In this document: positions 41,803 through 52,648 of the stretch, piece by piece
Numbering within the stretch: position 1 is the first letter of the stretch
Layout: the number at the start of each line of letters is the position of its first letter
Assembly (NCBI GenBank): GCA_977020255.1
Contig: CDROCS010003917.1
Location: 186,001 to 250,000 of the forward strand
Direction of reading: 5' to 3'
Length of the DNA stretch: 64,000 bases
Source: Obrimoposthia wandeli
Lineage: Eukaryota
Notes under the pieces: model-generated
What the model was told of the DNA's origin: nothing
Database searches by the model: none
The model's input: only the letters and a program-made list of their open reading frames with translations
Translations under genes and position numbers: made by a program

Positions 41803-42180
41803 ATGACTGCTAAATACATAAAATCTATAACCAACACTAAAGGTCTTGATGGCGCTTGTGTGCCAACACCGGCTGATGTTCTTATTAGTGGTAATGGTGA
41901 TACCAGGATTGACATCCCCTTTAAAGCGACCGATTCGTCGGTGATGTCTGGGATTTGGGAGTCAGAAGCGTTTAGCAAAAAGAAATCTCATCCTAACGAA
42001 ATGGAGTTTTGTTATTTGATAACAGGAGAAATAAAAATTTCAGATGCACAAGGAAATTTTAGCGAATTCTCTGCAGGAGACGCTTTCATTGTCGAGCCAG
42101 GCTTTGACGGTGTTTGGGAATCTAAAACATTTGTGCGTAAATACTTCGTGCTTGCTAAGTGCAACGCAATTACAGAATGA
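41803..42180 (+). CDS. Cupin (DUF861/EutQ-like)
   Basis: 'SGIWES', 'EFCYLITGEIKISD', 'AGDAFIVEPGFDGVWE', 'RKYFV'. Confidence 0.88.
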   Translation: MTAKYIKSITNTKGLDGACVPTPADVLISGNGDTRIDIPFKATDSSVMSGIWESEAFSKKKSHPNEMEFCYLITGEIKISDAQGNFSEFSAGDAFIVEPGFDGVWESKTFVRKYFVLAKCNAITE

Positions 42181-42303
42181 TTTTTTGAGACGAATGTAAC
42201 TTCTTATTGCCATTATTGTTAGATCAACTGACTAAAAACTGTGATCCAGATAAGCGTCAACCTATTCGAAACACACAAGCAATAAGCTGAGACAAAGGCG
42301 GTT

Positions 42304-43716
42304 ATGATGAACGATTATAAAAATACCAGCTTCTGGTTTGACACAATGGATCAAGAGCCTACATTACGCAGCTCATTATCTAGTGATATTGAAGCAGATG
42401 TGGCGATTATTGGTGCAGGTTACACCGGCTTATGGACTGCTTATTATCTTAAAAGTATTAAACCAGAGCTTAACATTGTCATTCTTGAAGCAGAGATAGC
42501 AGGTTATGGAGCTTCAGGCAGAAATGGCGGTTGGGTCGCTGGCGTTATAGCGGGCTTGGAAAAATATGTTGCTCCTTTATCAATGAGCGCGCGTAGAACA
42601 TGCTGTAGCATGCTCATTAAAAATGTTGATGAAATTGGTGCTGTGCTTGCACAAGAAGGCATAGACGCAGACTTCAACAAAGGTGGAGTTATATATGCTG
42701 CAGCCCGCTATCCTGAACAAGTAAAACAGCAGCGAAAGTTACTCAATCAACTGTATGAAACAGGCCATACAGAAGACGATTGCTATTGGCTTGATGCACA
42801 GCAACTTAATGAAAAAGTGCGTCTTAGAAACGGATTAGGCGCAATATACAAGCCGCATTGCGCCACCGTTAATCCGGTGTCAATGGTGCGTGGCCTAGCT
42901 GCAGTTGTTGAGAAAATGGGCGTTAAAATTTACGAAAAAACCCGCGCCATAAAGATACAGCCGAGAAAAGTGATTACTGAACACGGCACCGTTCAAGCCA
43001 CGACAATCATACCCTCGCTAGAAGGATACTCTTCTACTATCAAAGGGTTTGGACGTTACATTATTCCTGTACAAAGCTTGATGATAGCAACCGAACCGCT
43101 AGGTGAAACCCTTTGGGATGAGATTGGTTTGAACAATCGAGAAGCATTTAGTGATGGTAGTAGGATGGTGAGCTATGGGCAGAGATCTGTTGATGGCAGA
43201 ATGATTTTTGGTGCCCGTGGTGGATATAATTACGGAGGAAAACCAAGCGGCAAATTTACATTAAGTGACCCAGAATTTCGAATAAGAGAAGCGTTATTGT
43301 TCGATCTCTTTCCGATGCTAAAAAATGTAAAAATTACCCACGGATGGGGAGGGGAGCTAGGCATGGCGCGAAACTTCGCACCGCATGTAATCTATGATTC
43401 AAAATCAGGTATTGCAACGGCTGGTGGGTATGGTGGACAAGGCGTTGCCGCCTCACATTTGTTTGGTCGAACACTGGCAGATTTAATCTTAAATCGCGAA
43501 ACAGAGTATACCCAAATGCCTTGGGTGTTCAATGATTCCTCCCACCGTAAAGTATTAAAAAAATGGGAACCTGAGCCTTTTCGATGGTTAACCTCTAAAC
43601 TGATAACGAAAGTATTCACTTGGGAAGAAAATATGTATCAAGCCAAAGCGGGGCCTTCTTTTAAAAAATCTATCGCCAATAATGTCAGTAATACAGTATC
43701 TTTACTGATGCGTTAA
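42304..43716 (+). CDS. FAD-dependent oxidoreductase (PuuB/DadA-like)
   Basis: 'IIGAGYTGLWTAYYL', 'GASGRNGGW', 'GGYGGQGV'. Confidence 0.9.
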   Translation: MMNDYKNTSFWFDTMDQEPTLRSSLSSDIEADVAIIGAGYTGLWTAYYLKSIKPELNIVILEAEIAGYGASGRNGGWVAGVIAGLEKYVAPLSMSARRTCCSMLIKNVDEIGAVLAQEGIDADFNKGGVIYAAARYPEQVKQQRKLLNQLYETGHTEDDCYWLDAQQLNEKVRLRNGLGAIYKPHCATVNPVSMVRGLAAVVEKMGVKIYEKTRAIKIQPRKVITEHGTVQATTIIPSLEGYSSTIKGFGRYIIPVQSLMIATEPLGETLWDEIGLNNREAFSDGSRMVSYGQRSVDGRMIFGARGGYNYGGKPSGKFTLSDPEFRIREALLFDLFPMLKNVKITHGWGGELGMARNFAPHVIYDSKSGIATAGGYGGQGVAASHLFGRTLADLILNRETEYTQMPWVFNDSSHRKVLKKWEPEPFRWLTSKLITKVFTWEENMYQAKAGPSFKKSIANNVSNTVSLLMR

Positions 43717-43796
43717 TAGCACTATTTCTAACAGTCTCAACAGGTTAAAATATATAATCTAAATACGACAGGAATAAATTTTTAACCAATAGCTGC

Positions 43797-44747
43797 ATGT
43801 ATAAATTAATGAATGGTGACGAAAATATGGCGACTTCTAAAATGCACTTTACAGGACAAATTCAGGATATGGATTTGCGGCTTCTTAGAGTGTTTAAAGC
43901 AGTCGTTGAATCTAAAGGCTTTTCTGCTGCCGAAGTTGAGCTTAATGTAAGCCGATCTGCTATTAGTGCTAGTATGTCTGACCTGGAATCTAGGCTAGGG
44001 TTAAAGCTATGTAAAAGAGGTCGCTCTGGATTTTCTTTAACCGATTCAGGTAAAAATGTGTATGACAATACGCTTCTCTTACTCGATTCAATGGAGGCAT
44101 TTCGCCGTCAAATCAACACCATTCACTCCTCTTTGAAAGGTGAGTTAAACATTGGGATTACTGATAACCTCATAACAATGTGCCGCACCAAAATCGTAAA
44201 ATCACTGCAATGTCTAAAAAAAGAATCCCCTGATGTAACCATCAATATCACCATGATGCCACCCAATGAAATAGAGAAAGGTGTGTTAAATGGTCAATTA
44301 CATATCGGCATGGTTCCCAAAGTTCGAGACTGTCCTGGTCTCGATTACCTACCCATGTATGAAGAGCATTCGAGCCTTTACTGTGGCGAAGATCACCCTC
44401 TTTTCGCCGTTTCTGCAGATAAGTTAACGGCTGAGCAGATTCTTGAATACGACACTATCGCGCTGACATATGCGCTTCCTGAATACATTCAAAAAATTTA
44501 TGATAAGCACAACATTACCGCTACGGTAAGTGATCGAGAAGGTATAGCTTTTTTATTAATGACTGGCTGCTTTATAGGTTTTTTACCGACTCACTATGCA
44601 GATAGCTGGGTTGAAAGAAGTTTATTTAGAAAAATCCCTTTGACTGAATTTAGCTATTCAACGCAAATTATGGCGATTACTAAAAATGGCAATAATACTG
44701 ATTTAGTGCTCAATAGTTACATGTTAGCGCTTCAAAATACCGATTAA
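43797..44747 (+). CDS. LysR-family regulator
   Basis: 'DLRLLRVFKAVVESKGFSAAEVELNVSRSAIS..MSDLE.RLG..LC.RGR.GF.LT'. Confidence 0.93.
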   Translation: MYKLMNGDENMATSKMHFTGQIQDMDLRLLRVFKAVVESKGFSAAEVELNVSRSAISASMSDLESRLGLKLCKRGRSGFSLTDSGKNVYDNTLLLLDSMEAFRRQINTIHSSLKGELNIGITDNLITMCRTKIVKSLQCLKKESPDVTINITMMPPNEIEKGVLNGQLHIGMVPKVRDCPGLDYLPMYEEHSSLYCGEDHPLFAVSADKLTAEQILEYDTIALTYALPEYIQKIYDKHNITATVSDREGIAFLLMTGCFIGFLPTHYADSWVERSLFRKIPLTEFSYSTQIMAITKNGNNTDLVLNSYMLALQNTD

Positions 44748-44932
44748 TCGAAACCACTTAGGCTACATTTTTATCGCAATAATTAATGTGGTGTAAAAGT
44801 AGGAGTTGTGGAAGGTAAATACTAAAAACCCCTAGTTTGCAGTGAAAAGATAGCCATATCTCACGAGTATAGCTATGTGGGTAGTGATCTATCACAAGAG
44901 TACTTAACTTTTATTATTTGATCTACAATCCA

Positions 44933-47251
44933 TCATTCATGCTTAGCATTATATAATAAACGCTCAAAACCTTCTTTAGATAAAGGCCTATGTAAATAGT
45001 ATCCTTGACCATAATCACAGCCCGCTTTTGTTAATAGCTCTTGTTGTAGCTTTGTTTCTATTCCTTCGGCGATAACCAGAATATTAAGTTTTTTAGCCAT
45101 TACGATGATAGCTTCACACAAAGCCATATCATTATTTGTTGCCGACATACCTTGTACGAATGACTTATCAATTTTAATGTAGTCAATTTGAAATTCTTTT
45201 AGGTATGAAAAAGAAGAATAGCCTGTTCCAAAGTCGTCAATGGAGATATTGATACCTTTCTTTCGAATACTGGCTATCGCGTCAGATACTTTTTCACTGT
45301 CTTCCATCAGTAAATTTTCAGTAATCTCAATCCCTATGGCTTGGGTTGATATTCCTCTTTTTTGCAGTCGTTTAATCCAATTTTTTATTTGTTTTCCCTC
45401 GTCCTTATATTGCAGTGGGGAGGTGTTTATATTAATTTGCAGGTTTTCCTCAAACTCTATTCGCCAATGATCTACTTGAGTTGAAACTTCTTGAAATATC
45501 CAATCACTAATATCTGATATTAAGCCTGTTTCTTCGGCTACAGGTATAAATTCTAAAGGAGATATAATGCCTTTGGACGGGTGATCCCACCGTATTAAGG
45601 CTTCAGCTTTAACTATTCGATTATCGGATAAATTAACGATGGGTTGGTAAACGAGAAAAAACTGCTGTTCTTTTACCGCTAAATGTAAGTCCTTAATAAG
45701 CTCCATTCGTTGTAGATAAGAAGCATGCATACTGTCGTTGAAGAAATGAACATTATTGTCTCTCTCCCTTTTAGCTATATACATTGCCTGATCGGCATTT
45801 ATTAATAAACCGTTCATATCTAGCGCATCAAAAGGATAGTTGGCTACTCCAATACTGGCGGTACAATATATTTTTTCTTGTTTGATATAGTATGGAGCAG
45901 ACAACGCTTTAAGTAATTTCTTACAAATTTGATGAGTGGAAAATATACTGTGCAGGTTGTTCATTATGATAACAAATTCATCTCCACCTAGCCGTGCAAC
46001 CATGTCATGTTGGTTTAAATTATTCTTGATGCGCTTTGAAGCATCTACTAAGATTGCGTCACCGATATCGTGACCTAAAGTATCGTTAATTTCTTTAAAA
46101 TCGTTGAGATCCAGTAAAACTAAAGAAAATTGTTTATTTTCATGCAAAGCTTCGTCAATTGTTACATCTAGGTATTCACGTAGCATATTACGATTGGGTA
46201 AATTAGTCAGTCCATCAAAGTTCGCTTGTTTCCAAATGATTTTATCCGACTTTTTTCGCCATATAGCAATGCGCGCCAGATGTATGCATTGTTCTATTAA
46301 TGAATGATCTTGAGCGCTCCTTTGCATCCTATCTCGGTAGTAAATTGCAAAAGTACCTAGTACATTCCCTTTAGTGTGGATAATCGGTTCTGACCAACAC
46401 GATTTGAAATTTGCTTTCACAGCTAGTTCCGCCAAAGGGGCAGCGATAGAGTGCGTATGCAGATCATCTATATCTGTTCGCGTACCCGTAAACGCAGTAT
46501 GACTACAAACTCCTTTTCCTTTACCTATCACTACACCATCAATTGCTTCATTAAAAAAACTAGGAAAGCTTGGTGCCGCTCCTATTGTTAAGTGCTTACT
46601 GGAAGAATCAGCGAGTAAAATACTGCAAGTGGAGTTGGGGATTTCCTTTTCAACGCTTAAAACAATTTTTGATAAAATCGCCGAAATATCATCGGAGTTG
46701 ACAATTATTTCTAAAATTTCGTTACGTAATTTACTTACTCTATGACTATGAGTTAAGGCTTTGTGACTATGGGATAAAGCCTGATTTTTACGCTCTATAG
46801 ATTTTGAGAATATTATTGAAAGGATGTTAGTCAATATAAGGGAGATTAATACTCTCATAAAATTATCAGTTGAAAAATCAGAATATGTGATACACAACGC
46901 ATATACTGTGAATATTAAGGAAATAATACTGGCGGTTGTTGAAGCCAGTAAATAAAACAAAATGACTATTAAAGGGTACAACCAATAAATTGCCTCACCA
47001 CCTTTTTGAAAAATACCCACTGCCAGTACAATTATCATAAATAAAGAAAGCATCATACCGTATCTATCTGTATTGCCAGTTCGATAAACACCCATAAAAA
47101 TAGCAGATGACCCGATGAGGCTAATAGAATTAATCAGAAGATGTACATGTTCTTGTTGTAGATATGCTTGAATAGTATAAGGAGTAAGGGTCACAAAAAA
47201 TATGAAGATCATACCTAATAATAATTTTTCATCAAATGTCTTATTTGTCAT
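44933..47251 (-). CDS. Membrane GAF-GGDEF-EAL diguanylate cyclase/phosphodiesterase
   Basis: About 5 N-terminal TMs, GAF, 'RLGGDEF', 'AEALIRW', 'DDFGTGYSS'. Confidence 0.93.
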   Translation of the reverse strand: MTNKTFDEKLLLGMIFIFFVTLTPYTIQAYLQQEHVHLLINSISLIGSSAIFMGVYRTGNTDRYGMMLSLFMIIVLAVGIFQKGGEAIYWLYPLIVILFYLLASTTASIISLIFTVYALCITYSDFSTDNFMRVLISLILTNILSIIFSKSIERKNQALSHSHKALTHSHRVSKLRNEILEIIVNSDDISAILSKIVLSVEKEIPNSTCSILLADSSSKHLTIGAAPSFPSFFNEAIDGVVIGKGKGVCSHTAFTGTRTDIDDLHTHSIAAPLAELAVKANFKSCWSEPIIHTKGNVLGTFAIYYRDRMQRSAQDHSLIEQCIHLARIAIWRKKSDKIIWKQANFDGLTNLPNRNMLREYLDVTIDEALHENKQFSLVLLDLNDFKEINDTLGHDIGDAILVDASKRIKNNLNQHDMVARLGGDEFVIIMNNLHSIFSTHQICKKLLKALSAPYYIKQEKIYCTASIGVANYPFDALDMNGLLINADQAMYIAKRERDNNVHFFNDSMHASYLQRMELIKDLHLAVKEQQFFLVYQPIVNLSDNRIVKAEALIRWDHPSKGIISPLEFIPVAEETGLISDISDWIFQEVSTQVDHWRIEFEENLQININTSPLQYKDEGKQIKNWIKRLQKRGISTQAIGIEITENLLMEDSEKVSDAIASIRKKGINISIDDFGTGYSSFSYLKEFQIDYIKIDKSFVQGMSATNNDMALCEAIIVMAKKLNILVIAEGIETKLQQELLTKAGCDYGQGYYLHRPLSKEGFERLLYNAKHE

Positions 47252-47929
47252 GCATTTCCTATGATTAATATCTAAAGTAAATGTTATCGCATATTATTCG
47301 CGACTTAAATTACAAACTACTTATTTGTGTTTTGTCACTTAGGCGATTGTCAGTGTACTAAATTGCAAATAAACTTATCAATTGAGGACAAAAAGGGCGA
47401 AGAGAATACAATCATTGATACAGATGCTAATAAACTAATTCTCAATTTACTTCCTTTAGCTTAAATTTATAAACTGTTGTCGATATTGATTCGCTTTTTT
47501 AAAAATGCGTTTACTCTATATAGTAGTGTAAAGGCGTTTATTTCGATGTGTGTTTACTTATTGTTTGGCCTTAACTTGGTCTTATCTTTTCTAGTCGTCA
47601 GTAATAAAACTCAGCCCACTTCATCCAAAAATAAATACTATAATGCCTACCACCGCTACATTGCTTGGCTATGAATTAGTGACGGCTTCAAACTAAGCGA
47701 TAATTGTACCATGACAAAATATGCGAGGGGAGAGCGTGAGTCAACTATAATGATTCTGTTTGAGCGCTTTTATTTATAAGGTATAAATAGAGCTAAACTC
47801 TACTCGAATTAGGAGAGTGGTTCTGTATAATATCCACATATTAATAGTGAATTAAGATCGTCTTGACTTTCTAGCTGAGAAGGCTTTTTCATTCAGTACT
47901 ATCTCCTTTAATAAAACCCTTAAAAAGCG

Positions 47930-48130
47930 ACCTTAATGAGCAGCACAATCGTTTGTGCATTGACATTGGCGACGCTATTTTTGCAGTAGCGGTACTAAAT
48001 TTTTTTTGCCAGCACTGATGAACTATTTACCAGTATCGGCGCGGTGATAGGGGCTATTCCTTGCAATATCTGAACGCTTTTATAATGATATCTTAATTAT
48101 TTCTTGGCAGTATTTTGTGATTTCTTTCAC
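47930..48130 (-). pseudogene. Possible degraded IS110-family transposase fragment
   Basis: Broken minus-strand reading '..LQGIAPITAPILV..' resembles the IS110 'IPGIGPITA' motif. Confidence 0.3.
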
Positions 48131-48292
48131 GCGCGTATTGGTTCAGTGAAAACTCAGACATAGATAATATCATCTGCTAAATCATTGAATAGCTGAGTTT
48201 TTTATGATATTTATTTTATGCCTCATACCTTTTACCATAGTTTTTTCGTATATTCCTTAGCACTCGCTAATTATTTTTCTAGGATTCATTTA

Positions 48293-49486
48293 ATGTCTAC
48301 TCAAGCATCGGTTAAATATGTAACAGGCTCTATTTTTAGTCTTTTCTGTTTAGGAGGCTATTTTTTAGCGATAGCCTATGGAGTCACGTTTCTTATCCCT
48401 ATGCTGGTGGAGCAAAGCGGTGGCGATGAAGCGGTAGCTGGATTAGTTATATCAAGCGCGACGATAAGTACGGTGTTGTTTGTGGTGTTATGTGGTCACC
48501 TAACCGATTACTTAGGGGCAAACTTGGCAGTGGTGCTATCGAGTGTGCTATTAGCTATTGCCAGCTTTGGCTTTGCCTTTAGTGGCGGCTCTATCACATT
48601 AATGATGTTGTTTGGTTTTATTTTGGGCATAGGTTGGGGAGTGTTTTATACCTTGGGTCCTATTATCCTTTCTTCAATTATCGAGCCAAGCAAGAGAGTA
48701 CAGTATTTTGCGCTGTTATCCGGCTGCATGATGACGGGTATTGGAACAGGGCCATTGCTGGGGCGTATGACCAGTGTGTTGGGAGTCTCACTTGAGCAGG
48801 CGTTTATAGGCGCGGGGGTCGCTAGTTTGTTAGGAGCTGCGCTGTTTATCTATATTCGCCATGTACTGGAGCGTTCTTTTAGTTTTGAAGCTAGTTCAAG
48901 TCGGATATCTGCCACTAGTGTGCTTGAAGTGGTTAAGTCACAAGCGACATATGCGATAGTGATGGTCGGCTTAGGTGCTTGTATCTTCAGCGGATTATCG
49001 AGCTTTCAAAGCAGTTATGCACAAAGCCTTGGTCACGATTACTCGCTATTTTTCATCGGCTTTGTCATCGCTGTGATCAGTTGTCGGCTATTCGTGTCTG
49101 GCTTTATCGTCAAGCGAGATCCGCTTATCTCGTTACTAATACTGACGGCACTTGTGAGTATTTCATTGCTGATGTTTTTATTTCTAGCAGAGAATGTTTA
49201 TTGGTACGTGCTGGCGTCAGTGGTGCTAGGCATCGGTTACGGTTTGACTTACTCTGTAATCAACGGCCTTGCAGCGAACGAAGCACCGACCCGTTTTATC
49301 AGTCAATCGCTGTTGCTGTTTAGTTTGTCGTATTTTGTGGGAGTATTTGGTTTCCCATTAATAGCAGGCCAGTTAATAGTGTCTGCAGGGATGCAAGCAA
49401 TGCTCTATGTGCTGCTGGGAATTAGTTTGGTCAATCATGTACTTTGCTATTACCGTTTATATAAAAGAGCCAGCCTTAAAGGGTAG
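48293..49486 (+). CDS. MFS transporter
   Basis: About 12 TM segments; 'GHLTDYLG'; start ATG 48293 after agga. Confidence 0.9.
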   Translation: MSTQASVKYVTGSIFSLFCLGGYFLAIAYGVTFLIPMLVEQSGGDEAVAGLVISSATISTVLFVVLCGHLTDYLGANLAVVLSSVLLAIASFGFAFSGGSITLMMLFGFILGIGWGVFYTLGPIILSSIIEPSKRVQYFALLSGCMMTGIGTGPLLGRMTSVLGVSLEQAFIGAGVASLLGAALFIYIRHVLERSFSFEASSSRISATSVLEVVKSQATYAIVMVGLGACIFSGLSSFQSSYAQSLGHDYSLFFIGFVIAVISCRLFVSGFIVKRDPLISLLILTALVSISLLMFLFLAENVYWYVLASVVLGIGYGLTYSVINGLAANEAPTRFISQSLLLFSLSYFVGVFGFPLIAGQLIVSAGMQAMLYVLLGISLVNHVLCYYRLYKRASLKG

Positions 49487-49631
49487 TTAATAACAAAAAG
49501 CGTCAAACAGGCAAGTGGCCGAGGTTGGATGCCAAGGTAACATAAATAATTTTGCGCAGCCGAGTAATTGTGGCTTATCTGAGAATTTCAATTAGATGCT
49601 AAATTATGCCGTATTGATATTTAGCGAGTTT

Positions 49632-50225
49632 TCACACTGGTGGTTGTTTGTTTGGCACATAATAATCGGGCCAAAACTCTTTAACTGCGGGTCTTGAAGC
49701 TCCCCAAGCATGACAAGTGTTAACGACTTCTGGGCTACCGAATATTAGCGCATCGTCACCTAGCTGTTTTCCCTGCTTAGCTTGCGCTCTAATAAACCTG
49801 GGCTTTACCAATGCTTGGTATGAAGTGGAGGCAACTGGCCCTAAAAGCTCTCTTAAGTGGGTACAACCGGAGATATTACCGAACAGCGATTTGGTTAATT
49901 TAGCCCAGCCGGGGCCGATACGCTGGCCGATGAGTTTTTTATACGAGCCGCTAATCTCTGAGCAAACATTTTGCGGCGCGTAGTCAATAACGGCATCGAC
50001 ATCATGAATCAAGAAATCGAGATCTATGGTTAAGCGAATCGCCATATCATGCAGCGGCTCGCCAGCGGCTATGCATCCGTCACGATCTTTGTTGATCCAA
50101 TCAAAAGGTTTAATGTCTAATAATTTACCCTCTATATCCCAAAGGCCATCAGTGCGTTCATAAGCGGTGCAAGTGACAGTGCGAGTGTGCGCTAATTTAC
50201 GTGCTACAGCGGTTTGTAATGGCAT
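49632..50225 (-). CDS. DUF2889 family protein
   Basis: 'HTR...C..Y.R.DGLWDIEG.L.D', 'LHDM..RLT.D', 'GCTHLRELL', 'NTCHAW'. Confidence 0.8.
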   Translation of the reverse strand: MPLQTAVARKLAHTRTVTCTAYERTDGLWDIEGKLLDIKPFDWINKDRDGCIAAGEPLHDMAIRLTIDLDFLIHDVDAVIDYAPQNVCSEISGSYKKLIGQRIGPGWAKLTKSLFGNISGCTHLRELLGPVASTSYQALVKPRFIRAQAKQGKQLGDDALIFGSPEVVNTCHAWGASRPAVKEFWPDYYVPNKQPPV

Positions 50226-50407
50226 GTACTCGGGTTCCTTTAGGTTGTGATGTTTCAGAAAAGTACTGGTTGGTTTTCAATGAAGGTATATTGCTTACCT
50301 ACAACTTAGCTTTTATCCCGTGTTACTTCAAGTAGTGGTACTTCTAGGGTTATCAGGTAGTTGCTGGATTAACAGGTTGAAAGATTAAGAGTGTTTTACT
50401 GATTTTT

Positions 50408-50900
50408 CTTTTGAAGTTGAAGATCAAAGAGTTTTAAAGGCTTCGACTTTGTTGATTTACTTTCTTATGGCGACCAAAGCTTTCGTGTCCTGCTCCCCCC
50501 TTTACCGAAATCCATTTAGGAAAAAAATGAAACTAAGCAAAGTCGCTCTTTATTATCCGTAGCACCGCTTAATACTGTACATTCTGAAAAAAAGGTCGCC
50601 CATCATTGTCTCCGCTGCTCTTTCATACCCATGCGATCGCTGCATTTGTAATCCATTCACATCAATCCTTATGCCTTGGCCAAAATTATTGGTTGCTCGT
50701 CAGCACTATCTCGGCAAGTGCTCCATGCTTTACTTCAACTTCAACTTCAACTCCAACTCCTGCATCTGAGCAGTCTCTGGTGCACACGCACATGCTCAGC
50801 TTCTATAGTTTCAGCCAAAGCAGCGGCGACGATAAAAAGGGTTGCGCGGCTTCGTAGTTAACTCCTGTTAATCGGTTAGTTTTATAAAAAGCATTAATAA
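50408..50900 (-). repeat. Modular intergenic repeat, copy A (inverted)
   Basis: Reverse complement aligns with 58390-58816, 60884-61362 and 53841-54329; internal (ACTTCA)n expansion at 50732-50760. Confidence 0.85.
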
Positions 50901-51035
50901 CAGAAAACCATTTCGATATCTACCAAGGCACTCTTCTTCAGTTGCTCTTAGCTTGGACAGGGTTCGATAGTTGGTGTTAGTTATTCAAATATTTAAGTGA
51001 TACTATAGTGATACTTTTATAGTTGAGGAGTGGTT

Positions 51036-51293
51036 ATGAGAACTGAAGTCGTTACGACATTAAAGAGGCAAGCCACTAAGTTACTGGCAGATTTACATGA
51101 AACGAAAGAACCCATTCTGATAACTGAACATGGACAACCGTCAGCCTATCTGCTTGATGTAGATGATTATGAGTTGATGGTTGATCGTATGAAGATCCTT
51201 GAGGGTATTGCGAAAGGTGAACAAGCTATTCGTGATGGCCGGATAATGCAAACACAGCAAGCAAAAGAGAAAATGAGTAAATGGCTGAAATAA
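51036..51293 (+). CDS. Phd/YefM family antitoxin
   Basis: 'VTTLKRQATKLL', 'PILITEHGQPSAYL'. Confidence 0.92.
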   Translation: MRTEVVTTLKRQATKLLADLHETKEPILITEHGQPSAYLLDVDDYELMVDRMKILEGIAKGEQAIRDGRIMQTQQAKEKMSKWLK

Positions 51294-51601
51294 TTTGGAC
51301 AGAGCCAGCGCTAAACGATTTAGATGATATAGCAGAGTACATTGCTGTTAGTCACCTAGGTGCAGCGAAGCAGTTAGTCGCAAAAGTATTCAGCAAAGTC
51401 CAGAGGTTAGAGTATTTTCCTCTTTCAGGTAAGATTCCTAAAGAAATTCCTACTTTAAATTACCGAGAGTTAGTGGTTAATCCATGTAGGATATTTTACA
51501 AGATTAATGTTGATATGGTTTATATTTTGCATGTTTTAAGGCTAGAAAGGGACTTGCGGAAATTTTTGATATCTGTGGATGAGAAAAGCAAATCATCGTG
51601 A
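51281..51601 (+). CDS. RelE/ParE family toxin
   Basis: 'IIWTEPALNDLDDIAEYIA', 'YRELVVNPCRIFY'; overlaps the antitoxin stop. Confidence 0.92.
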   Translation: MAEIIWTEPALNDLDDIAEYIAVSHLGAAKQLVAKVFSKVQRLEYFPLSGKIPKEIPTLNYRELVVNPCRIFYKINVDMVYILHVLRLERDLRKFLISVDEKSKSS

Positions 51602-51779
51602 TAGTTTGTTTTTTGCTCTCGTAACATTTAAAAGATGAGAAGAGTTTTACTGGTTTTTTTGAAGTTTTAAGGACAAAGGAATTTAAGGGTTTTCGGCTTC
51701 GTCAAATGGTAGTCCTTCTCAAAAATGTTGTAAATTTCAACCTGTGGGCTGGCAGCGGTTCTGAAATTAAACGAAAATC

Positions 51780-52236
51780 CATAACAGACGGTATCTTGAT
51801 GAGAGATTTGAAATGGAGAGGGCAAACTAGAAATGGATCATCACTTTCCGTAATCATGATTGATATTGATTATTTTAAGAAGTATAAGGATACCTAAAGA
51901 CATCAAGCGGGCGATGATTGACTCTGACTCTGCCAAGTAGCAAGTGCATTGCAGCGAGCACTAATAAGTCCATCTGATATATTGGCAAGATATGGCGGTG
52001 AAGAATTGTGCGGGATTGTAAATGGGGGTATGGAAGGTGTAATGAACATTGCTGATTTTTTGCGTAAATCTATTGAGAGTTTGAATATAGAGCATAGCCA
52101 ACCTGACAATGGTATAGTTTCAATTAGTATAGGAGTTAATTCCACAACCTTTTTGAAAGGAGATAGTCCTGCTTTATTTATAGAACAGGCAGATCAAGCT
52201 TTGTATCAGAAAAAAGAATGGACGAGACCAAGTTAG
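51780..52236 (+). pseudogene. Disrupted diguanylate cyclase (GGDEF) fragment
   Basis: 'LSVIMIDIDYFKKY' stop 'HQAGDD' stop/frameshift 'ARYGGEEL..SISIG..ADQALY'; reads on + strand. Confidence 0.85.
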
Positions 52237-52431
52237 CTCATTATAAATTTTCATATTTGCCTATTAAGTTGGGGTGTTATTTTTGTCTATGAAACCGCAT
52301 TTTTTAGTTATTTAAATCTATAAAAACTATAAAAAAAACTATAAAGGACACCCAGAAAATTTGATAAGGCAAATAACTAATGAGTGATGATGATAGATTT
52401 GTTGAATGCTGCAAACATGGAAAACAACAAG

Positions 52432-52625
52432 GTAAGCGGTTAACCAACAACAAACTATTCAGTTCAAAGCTAATCTCATTAAACTAACTTCTTTATCTAA
52501 GGGGTAGTGCATGAGTTGTAGATCATCATCAGATTGGAAAGAATTGGTTGAGCAGCAATGTAACAGTGGGTTTACTGCATCTGTGTTTTACTGTGAAAAT
52601 CACTTCGATCCAAAATACTTCCGAC
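52432..52625 (+). mobile_element. IS66-family left-end remnant (TIR plus TnpA N-terminus)
   Basis: Begins GTAAGCG; 'W.ELVEQQ..SG.TA..F...H..PKYF' matches the IS66 TnpA pattern. Confidence 0.6.
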
Positions 52626-52648
52626 AAACATCACAGTGGGTTTTAATT

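Noticed and set aside
49487-49560. attC-like start (TAACAAAAAGCGTCAAAC) after the MFS stop
   Set aside because: No matching GTTRRRY end, no long palindrome, no integron integrase in the window.
50606-50861. ORFs 50606-50857 and 50676-50861 (also 58577-58792)
   Set aside because: They lie inside repeat copies; the low-complexity peptide comes from the hexamer expansion.
51706-51897. ORF-track entry labelled minus strand
   Set aside because: ATG at 51706 and TAA at 51895 read on the + strand. It is part of the GGDEF pseudogene, not an independent gene.
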